Shown here piece after piece: positions 1 to 10,827 of a stretch of 64,000 nt of DNA (position 1 is its first letter; each line of letters starts with the position of its first letter). Both the position numbers and the translations under genes were made by a program. The DNA is from Sarea resinae (lineage: Eukaryota): positions 124,001 to 188,000 of the forward strand of contig JAPEUD010000006.1 in NCBI GenBank assembly GCA_026026165.1. The letters run 5' to 3'. The notes under the pieces were generated by a model. It ran no database searches, was not told the origin of the DNA, and saw only the letters and a program-made list of their open reading frames with translations.

Positions 1-805
1 GCCATCCACCGAAGAACAATTCCGCGACCTCATGCACATATTCGCCGAGATCCTCCGTCGCATGACCACACTCGACCCGGCTGTCCTCAACGACTACGTC
101 TTCGAAGAAGAGAGGTACTTCGGAGAAGAAGAGTTTGACTCCACGTTCCCAGACAACTCTACCGAGCGCGGCCGTGACAGAGACGGAGACGTATATGAGG
201 ATGGCGCAGCGTCGATCCCGTCCCAGACGGCGTCAACGACCCAACTCCACCTTCCGCTCCCCTACTCGTACCGCACGCGCTCCCGCTCCTCTAGTCCCTT
301 ATCCGAGCACAGCACAACCTCGACGACCGGCACGATCCGCACGGCGCCAAGCTACCTAACGCGCAATTTCCACACCCCAACATCCATCTTCCCACGCACG
401 CCCTCAAGCTCCTCTCTCTCATCCCTGTCCACAACGGCGACGCGGTCGCGCCCGTCTCCGGCAACGCACAATTCCTCGCACACGCTCTCCCTGCCCCACC
501 CGCCGCGCCGCCATCACTCACAATCCCAGCAGGGCACGCAGCCGCAGCAGCCCAGAGGCGGCTACTTCGCACACAGGGAACACAGCCTGACGCACCAGTC
601 TCACCATCATCATCATCATAATCACCATCGCAACGAAGATGATGCGTCTCGGTCCCGCGATCCATTGCCCGTCGGCCAATCCGAGGACTCCTCTGACGCC
701 TCGTCCGTCATCCGCCTGCGACACTCGCCGGGGCCAGACGACCTGCCATATGAATTTGCTCTAGCAGCTCCACCCCCGCGGGGGAGAAGGACCTCAATGT
801 CATGA
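1..805 (+). CDS. 3' end of an unidentified protein (5'-partial); acidic segment followed by Ser/Thr/His-rich disordered tail
   Basis: Frame is open from the window edge (PSTEEQFRDLMHIFAEILRRM...) to TGA at 803-805, with strong C-ending codon bias; followed by a microsatellite-rich spacer. Confidence 0.7.
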   Translation, partial: PSTEEQFRDLMHIFAEILRRMTTLDPAVLNDYVFEEERYFGEEEFDSTFPDNSTERGRDRDGDVYEDGAASIPSQTASTTQLHLPLPYSYRTRSRSSSPLSEHSTTSTTGTIRTAPSYLTRNFHTPTSIFPRTPSSSSLSSLSTTATRSRPSPATHNSSHTLSLPHPPRRHHSQSQQGTQPQQPRGGYFAHREHSLTHQSHHHHHHNHHRNEDDASRSRDPLPVGQSEDSSDASSVIRLRHSPGPDDLPYEFALAAPPPRGRRTSMS

Positions 806-1779
806 GCGCGACTGTCTTGTCTGGGGAAGGCGCTGAAGTGACGGAGGAAGGGAGGAAGGGATCGATGGGAGAGGATGCGGGAGTTTTGCCAGAAGCCCGG
901 CTTCTTGGACGTCTTTGATGCACGTTGATGACTTGATGAATGAAATCGGTTGGCGGTCATCTTAGAATGGCATGACATGACATGACATAGCATAGCGTGG
1001 TGTAGCGTGGCGTTTTTTTTCGAATTTTTTTTTTCTTTTCATCTTTTGGCTTGTTCTTTTTCGCCAGCACTCTTCTCACTGGATCCGTGATCTGTCATTT
1101 TTGCCTTTATTTCGACCGTCGGCATTGGCTACTTCAGTACTACTGTGGTCCGTACAACGACACCACGGTACGCCCTCGTTTGGATCGCGACTATCGTTCT
1201 TGGCTCGTCATTTCTGAGACCAGCATTTTGGGGAGGTCTGTAGAACAGAACTGAACAGAATAGAAGAGGTCGAGAATAGGGGTTAGGGGTTGGGTTCAGT
1301 TTCAGGGGTTCAGGGGAGGGGCTTGTTTTCAAATCCATTACATAGATGGATGGATGGATCGATACTACTGTAGATAGGTGGATAGGTGGATAGGTCAATG
1401 GACGGATGGGATGGGATGGGATGGCGTGGATCGGATAATAATATTCTTTCATGATCAAGGACTTGCTTGCTATCTATAGAGTACTGCAAATGCGCAGCCG
1501 ACGACTGAAGTCAAGTAAGGTACCTCAGTGATGACAGCCGTATTTCTGCGCCGATAGTTGAATGCGTAATGGAAATCTATCTTCCAGGTTTCCCGCTTCG
1601 CTATTCCCTCCTTCTCTAGTCCATTGTCCCGTCGCCCGTCCCCTTTCCCCCTTTGCCCCCTTTTGCCCCTTTTGCGAATTTTCCCCTTTTCCCAATAATC
1701 AGACAACACCTCGCTCACAAACAATACCCCACGTGCCCCTTTCCGCCTCCGCGCCCTACAAGAGGAAAGCCGACCCAAT

Positions 1780-3106
1780 CTACCAGCTCACGACGCCCCT
1801 CTCGCGATCGAAGCCGCCTCGTAGCTGGGTCGCGGGCTTGACGACTTTGCCGGCGAGGATGGTGTATTTGACGATGTTCTCGCAGTCCTCGGGGCGCACG
1901 CGGGCGAGCCAGATGGCTTGTGCTGCGCCTTGTGGTTCTGGTGTTTGGGGGGTCTGAGCTGATGAGGTGGTGGTGGTGGTAGTGGAGGAGGAAGGAGGAA
2001 GCGCAGGAGGAGGGGGAGACGGGAGATTTTCTTCGTTTTGGACGGTGGATTGGGCATCGTCGTCGACGGCGCCGCCGCTGCCCCGGCGGTATACGATGAC
2101 GTTGGCGGCGAACTTGTGGCCGCCAACGTGGCTGATGAAATAGATGCCCACGCCGCCCGGGCGGTCGTCGTGCGCGTCGCGATAGAGGCCCAGGGGGCGC
2201 AGGTGGCGCTCGAGTTCGCGCTGGAGGAGAGGGGCGGATTGGCCGCATCGGGCGTCGCGGGTGCGTTGGGAGCAGAGGAGGACGACGGCGGCGTGGGGGC
2301 AGGGTTTGGTTCTGAAGGGGTGGGATGGCGCGGAGAGAGTTGTGAGAGCGGGTGAGGGTGTAGTGGCGGTTTCAGAGGTAGATGTGGCGTATAAGGGCGT
2401 GGTGGTCGTTGGCGCCGGATTGATGTAGTGTGTTACTAGCTCTGGCACGGATGCTGGGGTGACGTTTTCAATGAGGGTGAAAGCGGGCAGGAGAAGGACG
2501 GTTGTTGGCCGCTTTGGTCCTGGGGGGTGGGCGTAGTACTCTTGTGGCGGGACCATGTTTGAGGCAGAGAGCATGAGGCGCTGGAGTATGGCTTGATGTT
2601 AGTGTGTCTGATGGTCGGTTTGTGCGTCTCCCCAAAAGGAGCTCCGGGTTGACAGATCAAATCAACGCAGAAATTGCTGACACGCCTTGATCATTCTGGA
2701 GGCTTTTCACAAGGAGGAAATCGTGACGACTTACCCCATTTGTTGGGTGCACGTTTCCCTTCACCAACGCTTCCATCACACTGCCCTTTTCATCCTCCAC
2801 GTCCCGGACCCAGTCCGCCTTGCCCGTCGCGACCAGCAACTGTGTCGCCCAGCCCTTGACATGGCCGTATATTTCCTCTTCCTCGTCGATGCTCCATTTC
2901 TTCGGGTATTTTATGGTGCAGCTGAGACAGTCGTGGATGCAATCTTCGCCATCGATAGCAGGGTCGACCGAGGGGAAAAGGGTGTTGAGATCTTGTTTGG
3001 CCAGGTTGGTGCTCAAGGAGGAGGGCGTGAATAGTGAAGCACCGCTCTTGATGAAAGACTTCAGGGACGAGGACATTCTTTTGCTGCTTTTGGCGGGCTG
3101 TGGCAT
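1780..3106 (-). CDS. APD1: Apd1/Aim32-type thioredoxin-like [2Fe-2S] ferredoxin (sucrase/ferredoxin-like family); exons 3106-2735, 2580-1780
   Basis: C-x8-C (LLCSQRTRDARCG) and H-x3-H (SHVGGHKFAAN) ligand motifs; N-terminal CIHDCLSC; GTAAG..CTAAC..CAG intron joins the two ORFs in frame. Alternative ATG at 3076. Confidence 0.85.
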
Positions 3107-3547
3107 TATTGTGGATGGAAAGTGTTGCCTACGAGGATAGTGGATCGCTTATCTGATCGAGGGGCCTGGTGGGAGCGGAACGAGCCCGCTGGCGAAGAAT
3201 ATATTTCCTTTGACGCGTTTGCCGGGTGCAAGGCGTTTGCTGTTTGGGCTCAGGAGAGACGAATACAGCCTTGGAAGGTGTCGAATATCATAGTACGGTA
3301 GAAGGGTCCTGTCTGCGAGCTTACGGGCCTCTCTCGATATTAAAGGACGTGATGTCCGTGATGCTCGCCATGTCCGAGGTCATGTCCGAGAGGCAGCAGT
3401 GCTTATCTGATGGCACTACGATCACTAATGCAGACGCACTGCAGCCACAGGGCCTCAGGGCTGTCAATCATCGTCGCAGGGTTGGCCGTCGGGTTTAGTG
3501 CTGACGCCCGACCCCCGAGCCGAACCATTTGCTCCAGCGTACGGCTG

Positions 3548-3592
3548 CTGCTTACTGTTCCTGCTTACTGCTCCTGCTTACTGCTCCTGCTC
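3548..3592. repeat. 13-nt tandem repeat (CTGCTTACTGYTC) x3.5 in a divergent promoter region
   Basis: Read directly from sequence. Confidence 0.85.
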
Positions 3593-3940
3593 CGATGGGT
3601 GCCTAAGGGCAGCGACAAAGAATGCTCTGGAGTCACGAAATCACTTGAGAGGGGCACGCAAACATGAGTGGCCAAGTACAAGTCAAGCCTCTTCCCATGG
3701 ACATTGAAATCTTGGAGGGATGGATCCTGATTGCCAGCTTCGATGGTGGGAACGGGGCATCTTATCAGATCTCTAACCGACATGGGCACGGGTGCAAATA
3801 AATAGAGAGTTTGGCCCCCCCAGCCGATGCCTGTTTACCTTTCTACAGCTTACAGTATATATCTACGCCCCTAGTCGCAAGCAGTTTTTATATAGCACCC
3901 ATTCAACACGCATATATACAGGCCTCATGGCTCGCTCATC

Positions 3941-5062
3941 ATGGCATCTTCCGTACCCAAGCTCATCTTTCTCACAGGAGCGCCGGAATCGCAGTCCCTG
4001 AGTTGGCAAGATCACGACTTGCTGGACGATTTCCTACCAGCTCTAAAGAATTGTCTTGCCGGCACCTTCTATTCGTCGACCGAGAGTCACGTCGCGTCTG
4101 GCCCCATAGGACCAACATGGCGTGTATTAGATAGAATACATCCTGATCCACCTGCGGCCTTTTCAAAGCCGAGGCAGGCAGCCTCAGCGGAGCCGGAACG
4201 GCCTCCACGAATTGATGAAAATGCGTCTTTCTTCACGGCAACAAATCACTCTTATGATTCGACTGACAGGGAGGCCAGCTCGCTCTTCGTGTCCTCTGCC
4301 GAGACGGATGAGGAGTTATTGTCTCAGTTCTACGAGCAATCATTTGCTTTGCACAAGAACGTCCCGTCTTCTCAGCTCCCAGGACCCGAAGTCTTCACCC
4401 TGCAATCAATCAATTCGAGCGTAGATGGCACATCTTCTTTCACCACTACCACGTCGGAGTCTTCGTCCAATAGAGTGGAGTCTTCGATTAAAAAGGCCAC
4501 CCGGATCTCAGAGGCACCATCAGGAGGGCATCTGAGTGACATTGAAGATATTCCGAATGCGGCCTATCTTCACTCCATTACCCCGCAAACCATGACTGTT
4601 AATCTCATAGTCGGTATCATATCTATCGCGCCAGGGCGCATAATCACAACACGTCGGAACGGCCAAGAGATGGAGATTGTTGAACTACTCGTTACGGACG
4701 AGACGAAAGCGGGATTCGGCATCAACTTTTGGCTTCGCCCAGATGAAAGCCAAGGGTCAGCCGTCCAACAAGACAGTTCAAGACGTCGGCTGGAGAGCTT
4801 GAGGCCGCAGGATATTATACTGATCCGAAATGTCGCGCTCAGCGCCTTTCGAGGCAAAGTGTTCGGACAGAGCTTGAGAAAGAACGTGACTAAATTGGAT
4901 CTGCTCTACCGGAACGTGGTGGATGCAGACGACGAACCGGGTGCCTATCGTCCCAATGATCTCCAAGGAGAGATGTTACATCCGCAAATCCAAAAGGTGA
5001 AGCTCGTCCGGGACTGGGTTATGAGGTTCGTCGGTCCTGTCGCGAACACACCCGGCCCGTAG
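3941..5062 (+). CDS. OB-fold nucleic-acid-binding protein, SHLD2/FAM35A-like
   Basis: 373-aa single-exon ORF; C-terminal OB-like pattern (TVNLIVGIISI..ELLVTDET..GINFW..QDIILIRNV); N-terminal LIFLTGAP motif. Confidence 0.65.
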   Translation: MASSVPKLIFLTGAPESQSLSWQDHDLLDDFLPALKNCLAGTFYSSTESHVASGPIGPTWRVLDRIHPDPPAAFSKPRQAASAEPERPPRIDENASFFTATNHSYDSTDREASSLFVSSAETDEELLSQFYEQSFALHKNVPSSQLPGPEVFTLQSINSSVDGTSSFTTTTSESSSNRVESSIKKATRISEAPSGGHLSDIEDIPNAAYLHSITPQTMTVNLIVGIISIAPGRIITTRRNGQEMEIVELLVTDETKAGFGINFWLRPDESQGSAVQQDSSRRRLESLRPQDIILIRNVALSAFRGKVFGQSLRKNVTKLDLLYRNVVDADDEPGAYRPNDLQGEMLHPQIQKVKLVRDWVMRFVGPVANTPGP

Positions 5063-6124
5063 ATACCAAACGAGACTCGAAAGACGAGCATCCATGAAGG
5101 GAGATTCAACTGTGGACAAGCAGTAGAGCCCGTCATACAGATAATTGTCGACATCCGATTCTTCGCCCATCGACACCATTTGACGTCTAATAGATTCGAA
5201 ACTTCACATGGCGGCACAAAGCAAGGCGCGGTGAGTGGTGTTTGTATGGTCGTTGCATGTAGGTATCTGTCTCAGCTTGGAATGCGAACGCCATCAAGCA
5301 GCAGCTTCCAAACCGAGAGGGTACCTCGTACCGTGACTTAGGTAGGTAGTATGCAGGGTGTCTTGGGACGCCTTAGCTGAAGCTTTCAGATCTTACGGCG
5401 GCATCCCCACTCCCCCCTTACTACTCGGAGTAGATGATCGTGGGCCGGTCAGACGACCTGGTGGGTGGCACAGTGTTCGCCGCAAAGGGCAAAGATTGAG
5501 GTACTTGGTAGTGTGTCGGAATAAATAGCATAAAAAGCACAGCCGAGCCATCGTCTTATGAATTCGTCTACAGCACAAGGGAGGAGTACGTGGGCGCGTA
5601 CCGTGTACCTCGAGCGTTCATCTATCGAGATGCGCCATCGAGGGAGATGTCCTGCATTCGCCGCGTTGATTGGTCCCGAAGCCGACCCCTTTCCGGGCGT
5701 GGCTGCCCCTGTGAAGTCTCGAATACTTCGCCGATGCGCCCACTACGATGTAGAGTCTCAGCTTCTCAGACCGCCCTGAAATGAAGAGTGACCTTAGAGC
5801 GTTGCCAAGCGGAATTGATACGAATTTCCTGCCCCTGCATCATCCCACTCGGCCACCCCCTACCCCCTACTCGACATGGTCGGTACTTCGTGCCCGGTAC
5901 TCTGTACGTGTCGAGCCCATCGAGGGGCCCGGAAAGTGAGGGCAAGTGACTTGTCGAATGAGTATTCTCCCCGCCCTGATCTCAGGTACCACCACCTCAC
6001 CTCCCCAAGTAGCGCCGGAGGGCTGTACTTTGCACAAGGTGGCCTCTCTTCTCCAAACCCTACGAGATCTATTTCCGTTCCCTGAATCGAATGGCATTAT
6101 TCCAGGTTGCCAAAAAGTAAAGAA

Positions 6125-6167
6125 CATCACCACCACCACCACCACCACCACCACCACCATCATCATC
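6125..6167. repeat. (CAC)n/(CAT)n microsatellite upstream of PSA1
   Basis: Read directly from sequence. Confidence 0.9.
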
Positions 6168-6411
6168 GACTCTGACCACCAACCACTACTGCAGCTTCAC
6201 TCTTCGTCTCGTCACGCCATACCAGAACCATCCCCTTCCGTATTCCTGTCTTACGGTTTCTTTAAGACAGTTGCGATACGGCTTTCGACCATTGTGTCTC
6301 TCTTCCATCCGTCGTTCTTGTAAGGCTGTACAACTCGCAAGACCGCCAGATCCCAGCTTCTCCACCTCGACCCCAAGCTTCCGGAATACTACCTTTTAAT
6401 TACTTTCTAAG

Positions 6412-7763
6412 ATGAAGGGTGAGCTCCCTTCTGATATGCTGCAATTCCCTTACTGACCTTCTCTCAGCCCTCATTCTTGTTGGCGGTTTCGGAACCCGTC
6501 TACGACCTCTTGTACGCCTCCCCTGATGCTCGCTGTTGCGACGATAGCGGCAGACGTTGTTCACAACGATCCACCGCACAATTTCTGGCACCATGGCCAC
6601 TGACTCGGTTGCTAGACTCTCACCCTTCCCAAGCCATTGGTGGAATTTGCCAACCGTCCCATGATCTTGCACCAAGTTGAGAGCTTGGCTGCTGCGGGAG
6701 TTACCGATATCGTCCTTGCCGTCAACTATCGGCCAGATGTGATGGTCGCAGCATTGAAGCAGGTGTGAAAGATGATAATCATTCGGACACTCGGTGAAGT
6801 TGCTAATCTTTACAGTACGAGGAAAAATACAACGTCAACATTGAATTCTCCGTCGAGACCGAACCGCTTGGGACGGCTGGCCCCCTCAAGCTCGCAGAGA
6901 AGATTCTCGGGAAAGATGATGCCCCCTTCTTCGTCCTCAACTCGGATGTCATTTGCGAATACCCATTCAAGGAGCTCGCCGCATTTCACAAATCACACGG
7001 CGAGGAGGGTACGATCGTCGTTACAAAGGTTGAAGAACCCTCGAAATATGGTGTCGTTGTTCACAAGCCAAACCACCCGAGCCGCATCGACCGCTTCGTG
7101 GAGAAACCAGTCGAGTTCGTCGGCAACCGCATCAATGCCGGTATCTATATCCTAAACCCTAGCGTCTTGAAGCGCATTGAGCTCCGTCCCACATCCATCG
7201 AGCAGGAAACATTCCCCGCCATCTGCAAGGATGGACAGCTCCATTCTTTTGACCTTGAGGGCTTTTGGATGGACGTCGGCCAGCCAAAGGACTTTTTGAG
7301 CGGAACTTGCCTGTACCTTTCCTCGTTGACGAAGAAGGGTTCTAAGCAGCTGACGCCGTCTTCCGAACCTTTCGTCTACGGAGGGAACGTCCTGGTGGAT
7401 CCTTCTGCAAAGATTGGAAACAACTGTCGCATTGGTCCCAACGTTGTGATCGGCCCGAACGTGGTTATCGGTGACGGCGTGCGGCTCCAGCGGAGTGTGA
7501 TTCTTTCCGGGAGCAAAGTCAAGGATCATGCTTGGGTGAAGTCTACCATTGTTGGCTGGCACAGCACTGTTGGAAGATGGGCACGATTGGAGAACGTGTC
7601 GGTTTTGGGAGACGATGTGACGATTGGCGACGAGATCTACGTCAACGGCGGATCTATTCTCCCTCACAAGTCAATCAAGCAGAATGTGGATGGTAAGAAG
7701 AGCGTTCATCATGCAATCGAAGCGAAGCTAATGATTGATTTAGTACCGGCAATCATCATGTGA
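6412..7763 (+). CDS. PSA1: Mannose-1-phosphate guanylyltransferase (GDP-mannose pyrophosphorylase); exons 6412-6418, 6468-6511, 6616-6762, 6816-7692, 7744-7763
   Basis: [28 protein letters not shown] after splicing; [13 protein letters not shown]-terminal hexapeptide beta-helix ending VPAIIM; four GT-AG introns. Confidence 0.97.
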
Positions 7764-8039
7764 TTGGACATTTCGCCCTTTCTAATCTTGCTTTTGAACT
7801 CGTCGAATGTATTGCATTGCGCCATGGACTTCTTTTTTCGTTCATACATACTATATTATTGCGCGCTCCCGGGTGGCGCTGGAACAATCTCGCTATCTTT
7901 TCTCTCGAAATCTGGTCTCGCAAAAAGTCTTTCTAGGGATCTCTCAACTACTTTGTAATAGTCGCTGGTCTGCACTTTTCTCTGATTTGCAAACCAGCTT
8001 CTTTTTTTTTGGCCGCCTTTCTTCTGCTATAGGCTGCAT

Positions 8040-8456
8040 GGATGGATGGACGGGTCTGTGAGTGCGTGAGTGAGTGAGTGGGTGACTGAGTGCGTGAGTG
8101 CGTGTCTGGAATTTTCAAAGAACCTGTCTACTTCTCTGTTCGGGGTGCGGGAGGGAAACGCTTGTGTGTGTGGCATGGGTTATGGGGCTGGGGCTGGGAC
8201 TTTGTGGTTGCTTGATTGATTGATTGATTGATTGACGGTTGCATGCAGGTGGTATCGGCTTTTGCATTTCCCCTGGTTTTACACTTTCTGTCGGTCTGTC
8301 TGTCTGTCTGTCTGTCTGTATCTCTGTGTCTTGAACGCACACGGCACATGTATGGCGACGATGGCGACGAAAATAGACAAAAATGAAAGAAAGACGTCAA
8401 AACTAGCTTGCCTTATCTTGCCTTACCTACCTACCTACCTACCTACCTACCTACCT
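8040..8456. repeat. Cluster of microsatellites (GAGT, TTGA, CTGT, TACC units) in a convergent intergenic spacer
   Basis: Read directly, e.g. (TTGA)n ~8212-8234, (CTGT)n ~8295-8319, (TACC)n ~8424-8456. Confidence 0.9.
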
Positions 8457-8981
8457 TAGTCCCTAGCACTCCAAAAAGGCGGACAAGGGGGAAAGGGGGG
8501 AAGAAGAAAGGCGGAAGGCGTCTGATATGATATAATATAGAAAAAAGGGTAAGGTACCTCAGGTAGACCGGACCTAATATTAAAAGGGCATTTGAGCACC
8601 AAAGGATAGCTCAGGTAGCTCGATAGATGGATGGTGTGTTTTCGAGTTGGTACTTGGAAAAAACAATGGCAATGGCAATGGCAATGATAGTAAATACTTA
8701 CGATTACAATCACAAGACCATGTATTATATTGTATCGAATCGTATGAATATCAGTATGGATATAACAATATAGCGAACAAGAGATCAAGACAAGATCAGA
8801 TCCCTATACCCATACATGCCCTGCGCCGTGCCCCGCCCCCAAAACCAACCCCCCACCCCCCCGCCCAAGCACGGCCAACACATCCATGTCTATCTATCTA
8901 TCCAGCTATCTATCTAATCATCTATCCATTTATCTGCCTACCTCTGCACATAAGTATGCATGTACGAACGTATGGACCTAC

Positions 8982-10319
8982 CTACATGCGCCTAACAGGC
9001 ACGGCAGCGAGCCAGTACTGGATCCTCTGCTCCCAGGCGAGCTGTGCGGCGGGCGAGTCCTCGTGCTCGTGTTCGTGCTCGTGCTCATGCTCGTCTGGGT
9101 GGGACGGCGGGCTGGAGGGGGTGGAGAAGCTTTGGCTTTGGCTGGAGTAATAGGAGGATGGGGCGGCGGTGCTGGGATGGTCTTGTTCTTGATATTGCTT
9201 TTGGTGTTGGTGTTGATGATGGGGGTAGTGGTGGTGGCAGCTAGGAGAGTTGTGTGTAGTATGTTGTTGTAAGATGTTCATATAGGAGAGCGTCCAGCGC
9301 AGGGCGTCGTGTGTCGCGCGGTAATAGTCTGCCCAGTACGCTTGCAGGCCGTCCTCTTCGCCGTCACGGACGTCGTCATGGAGTGGTGAATGGTGAGCGT
9401 ATGTTCCCGCTGCTGCTGCTGCTGCTTCAGCCTCTGGAGGCGGCAGTGGAGGTGAAAGTGAGAGCGCGAGTGCCTGTGCGCGTAGTGAGGCATAGTAGGC
9501 CAGTGCTCCGGCGTGGTAGAGCGCGTAGATCGGCATGGCTTGCGCTTGTGCCAGCAAGGCCGAGGAGGAGGCCGTGCAGGCTTCTGGAGGGTGGTAATAG
9601 CTGCGTCCGGCTGAGAGGTCGGCCACTTCGGCTTGCAGCGCGGCTGAAGGGAGCGTGTATCCGTATGCGGCTGCACTGGCGTTGAGGCCTGCTTCAAAGT
9701 CGGCTTCTGCCTGCGTCTTGGCTTCGGCGGTGGTGCGTTCGTATTCAACCGCCCAGGCGGCTATTCTGGCTTCGTAGTCGGCTTCTGCTTGGGCTTCTGC
9801 TTGAGCTTCTGCTTGAGCTTCTTCATCTTGAACGTCGGCTTCTGGGAAAGTATATTCGTAATCAGCTGCCAAGTGTATTCCAGCTTCATCGTCTACTGAT
9901 GCTGCTGCTGCTTGGGCGTCGGTTTCTGCAGTAGTATATTCAGGTTGAAGGGCTGAGGCGTCTGTTTCTGCTCGGTGATGTGCTTCTGTTTGAACATCTG
10001 CTTTTGCATCAGGATTTTCATATTGAAATGCTGAGGCGCGTTTTCCTGCCTCGCTATCTGCTTCGGCGGGAGCATATCCGTATTCATCCACGCAGCCACT
10101 TATGCCTGCTTGTAAAGTGGCTTGAAAGTATGTCGCTGCCTGGACGTATGCTTCGGCTTTGGCTTCTACGTCTCCTTCGCCCTCTAGGTCTGCGTGATAG
10201 GTGTTGATTCGAATGAGAAGATTTGAACAGCCGCTCAAGCTGGGAGAGCTATGATCGGCGCTATAGTTGTTGCGAGAGCCATGGGAGCTGACTTTGGATT
10301 CATGAGTTGCCTCTGTCAT
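8982..10319 (-). CDS. Hypothetical Ala/Glu/Tyr-rich protein with imperfect internal repeats and a His/Gln-rich C-terminus
   Basis: About 445 open codons from ATG 10319 (the ORF track starts at TTG 10328); no family recognised. Confidence 0.55.
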   Translation of the reverse strand: MTEATHESKVSSHGSRNNYSADHSSPSLSGCSNLLIRINTYHADLEGEGDVEAKAEAYVQAATYFQATLQAGISGCVDEYGYAPAEADSEAGKRASAFQYENPDAKADVQTEAHHRAETDASALQPEYTTAETDAQAAAASVDDEAGIHLAADYEYTFPEADVQDEEAQAEAQAEAQAEADYEARIAAWAVEYERTTAEAKTQAEADFEAGLNASAAAYGYTLPSAALQAEVADLSAGRSYYHPPEACTASSSALLAQAQAMPIYALYHAGALAYYASLRAQALALSLSPPLPPPEAEAAAAAAGTYAHHSPLHDDVRDGEEDGLQAYWADYYRATHDALRWTLSYMNILQQHTTHNSPSCHHHYPHHQHQHQKQYQEQDHPSTAAPSSYYSSQSQSFSTPSSPPSHPDEHEHEHEHEHEDSPAAQLAWEQRIQYWLAAVPVRRM

Positions 10320-10784
10320 TGCTGGCAATTACCAGCTTGTTTTATTGACTGCTGGTTCTGATATTTTTGTTGCTGGGTTAGGTTTCTGCATTGCTTTGAT
10401 AGAGGTGGTATTGATGGTGATGGTGATGGCGATACTATAGTCTGAAGCAATAGTGGTTAGTTGATTTCTATCTGGGCCACGATGGACGGTTCCTGGCCAT
10501 TGAAGACTGGTCTCTTTACTGTTCTCACGCTCTAGGAGGGGATGCGAATGATGCAGCTAGGCTACGGTCAGTATGTGAATATGAGGCCGGGCTCCAGTTG
10601 ATTTTAATGTGAGCTTCAACCTATCACATCGATGTCTCTTGCTCCAGTCGTCCCGATGGATTGACATGATGAGTGTCGAACCAGCCCGCAGCCTGGAGTG
10701 ATCCATTGGAGGGCAACAAGCACATGATCATCATGATTATGCCCAATGTGAAATCTTCCCTTCCCTTGCCCACCACTTGCTCTA

Positions 10785-10827
10785 TTTCACTTCATCTCAT
10801 TTCATTTCATTTCATTTCATTTCATTT
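10785..10827. repeat. (ATTTC)n pentanucleotide microsatellite
   Basis: Read directly from sequence. Confidence 0.9.

Noticed and set aside
1278..1298. TAGGGGTTAGGGGTTGGG telomere-like motif
   Set aside because: Only about two degenerate units inside a microsatellite-rich spacer.
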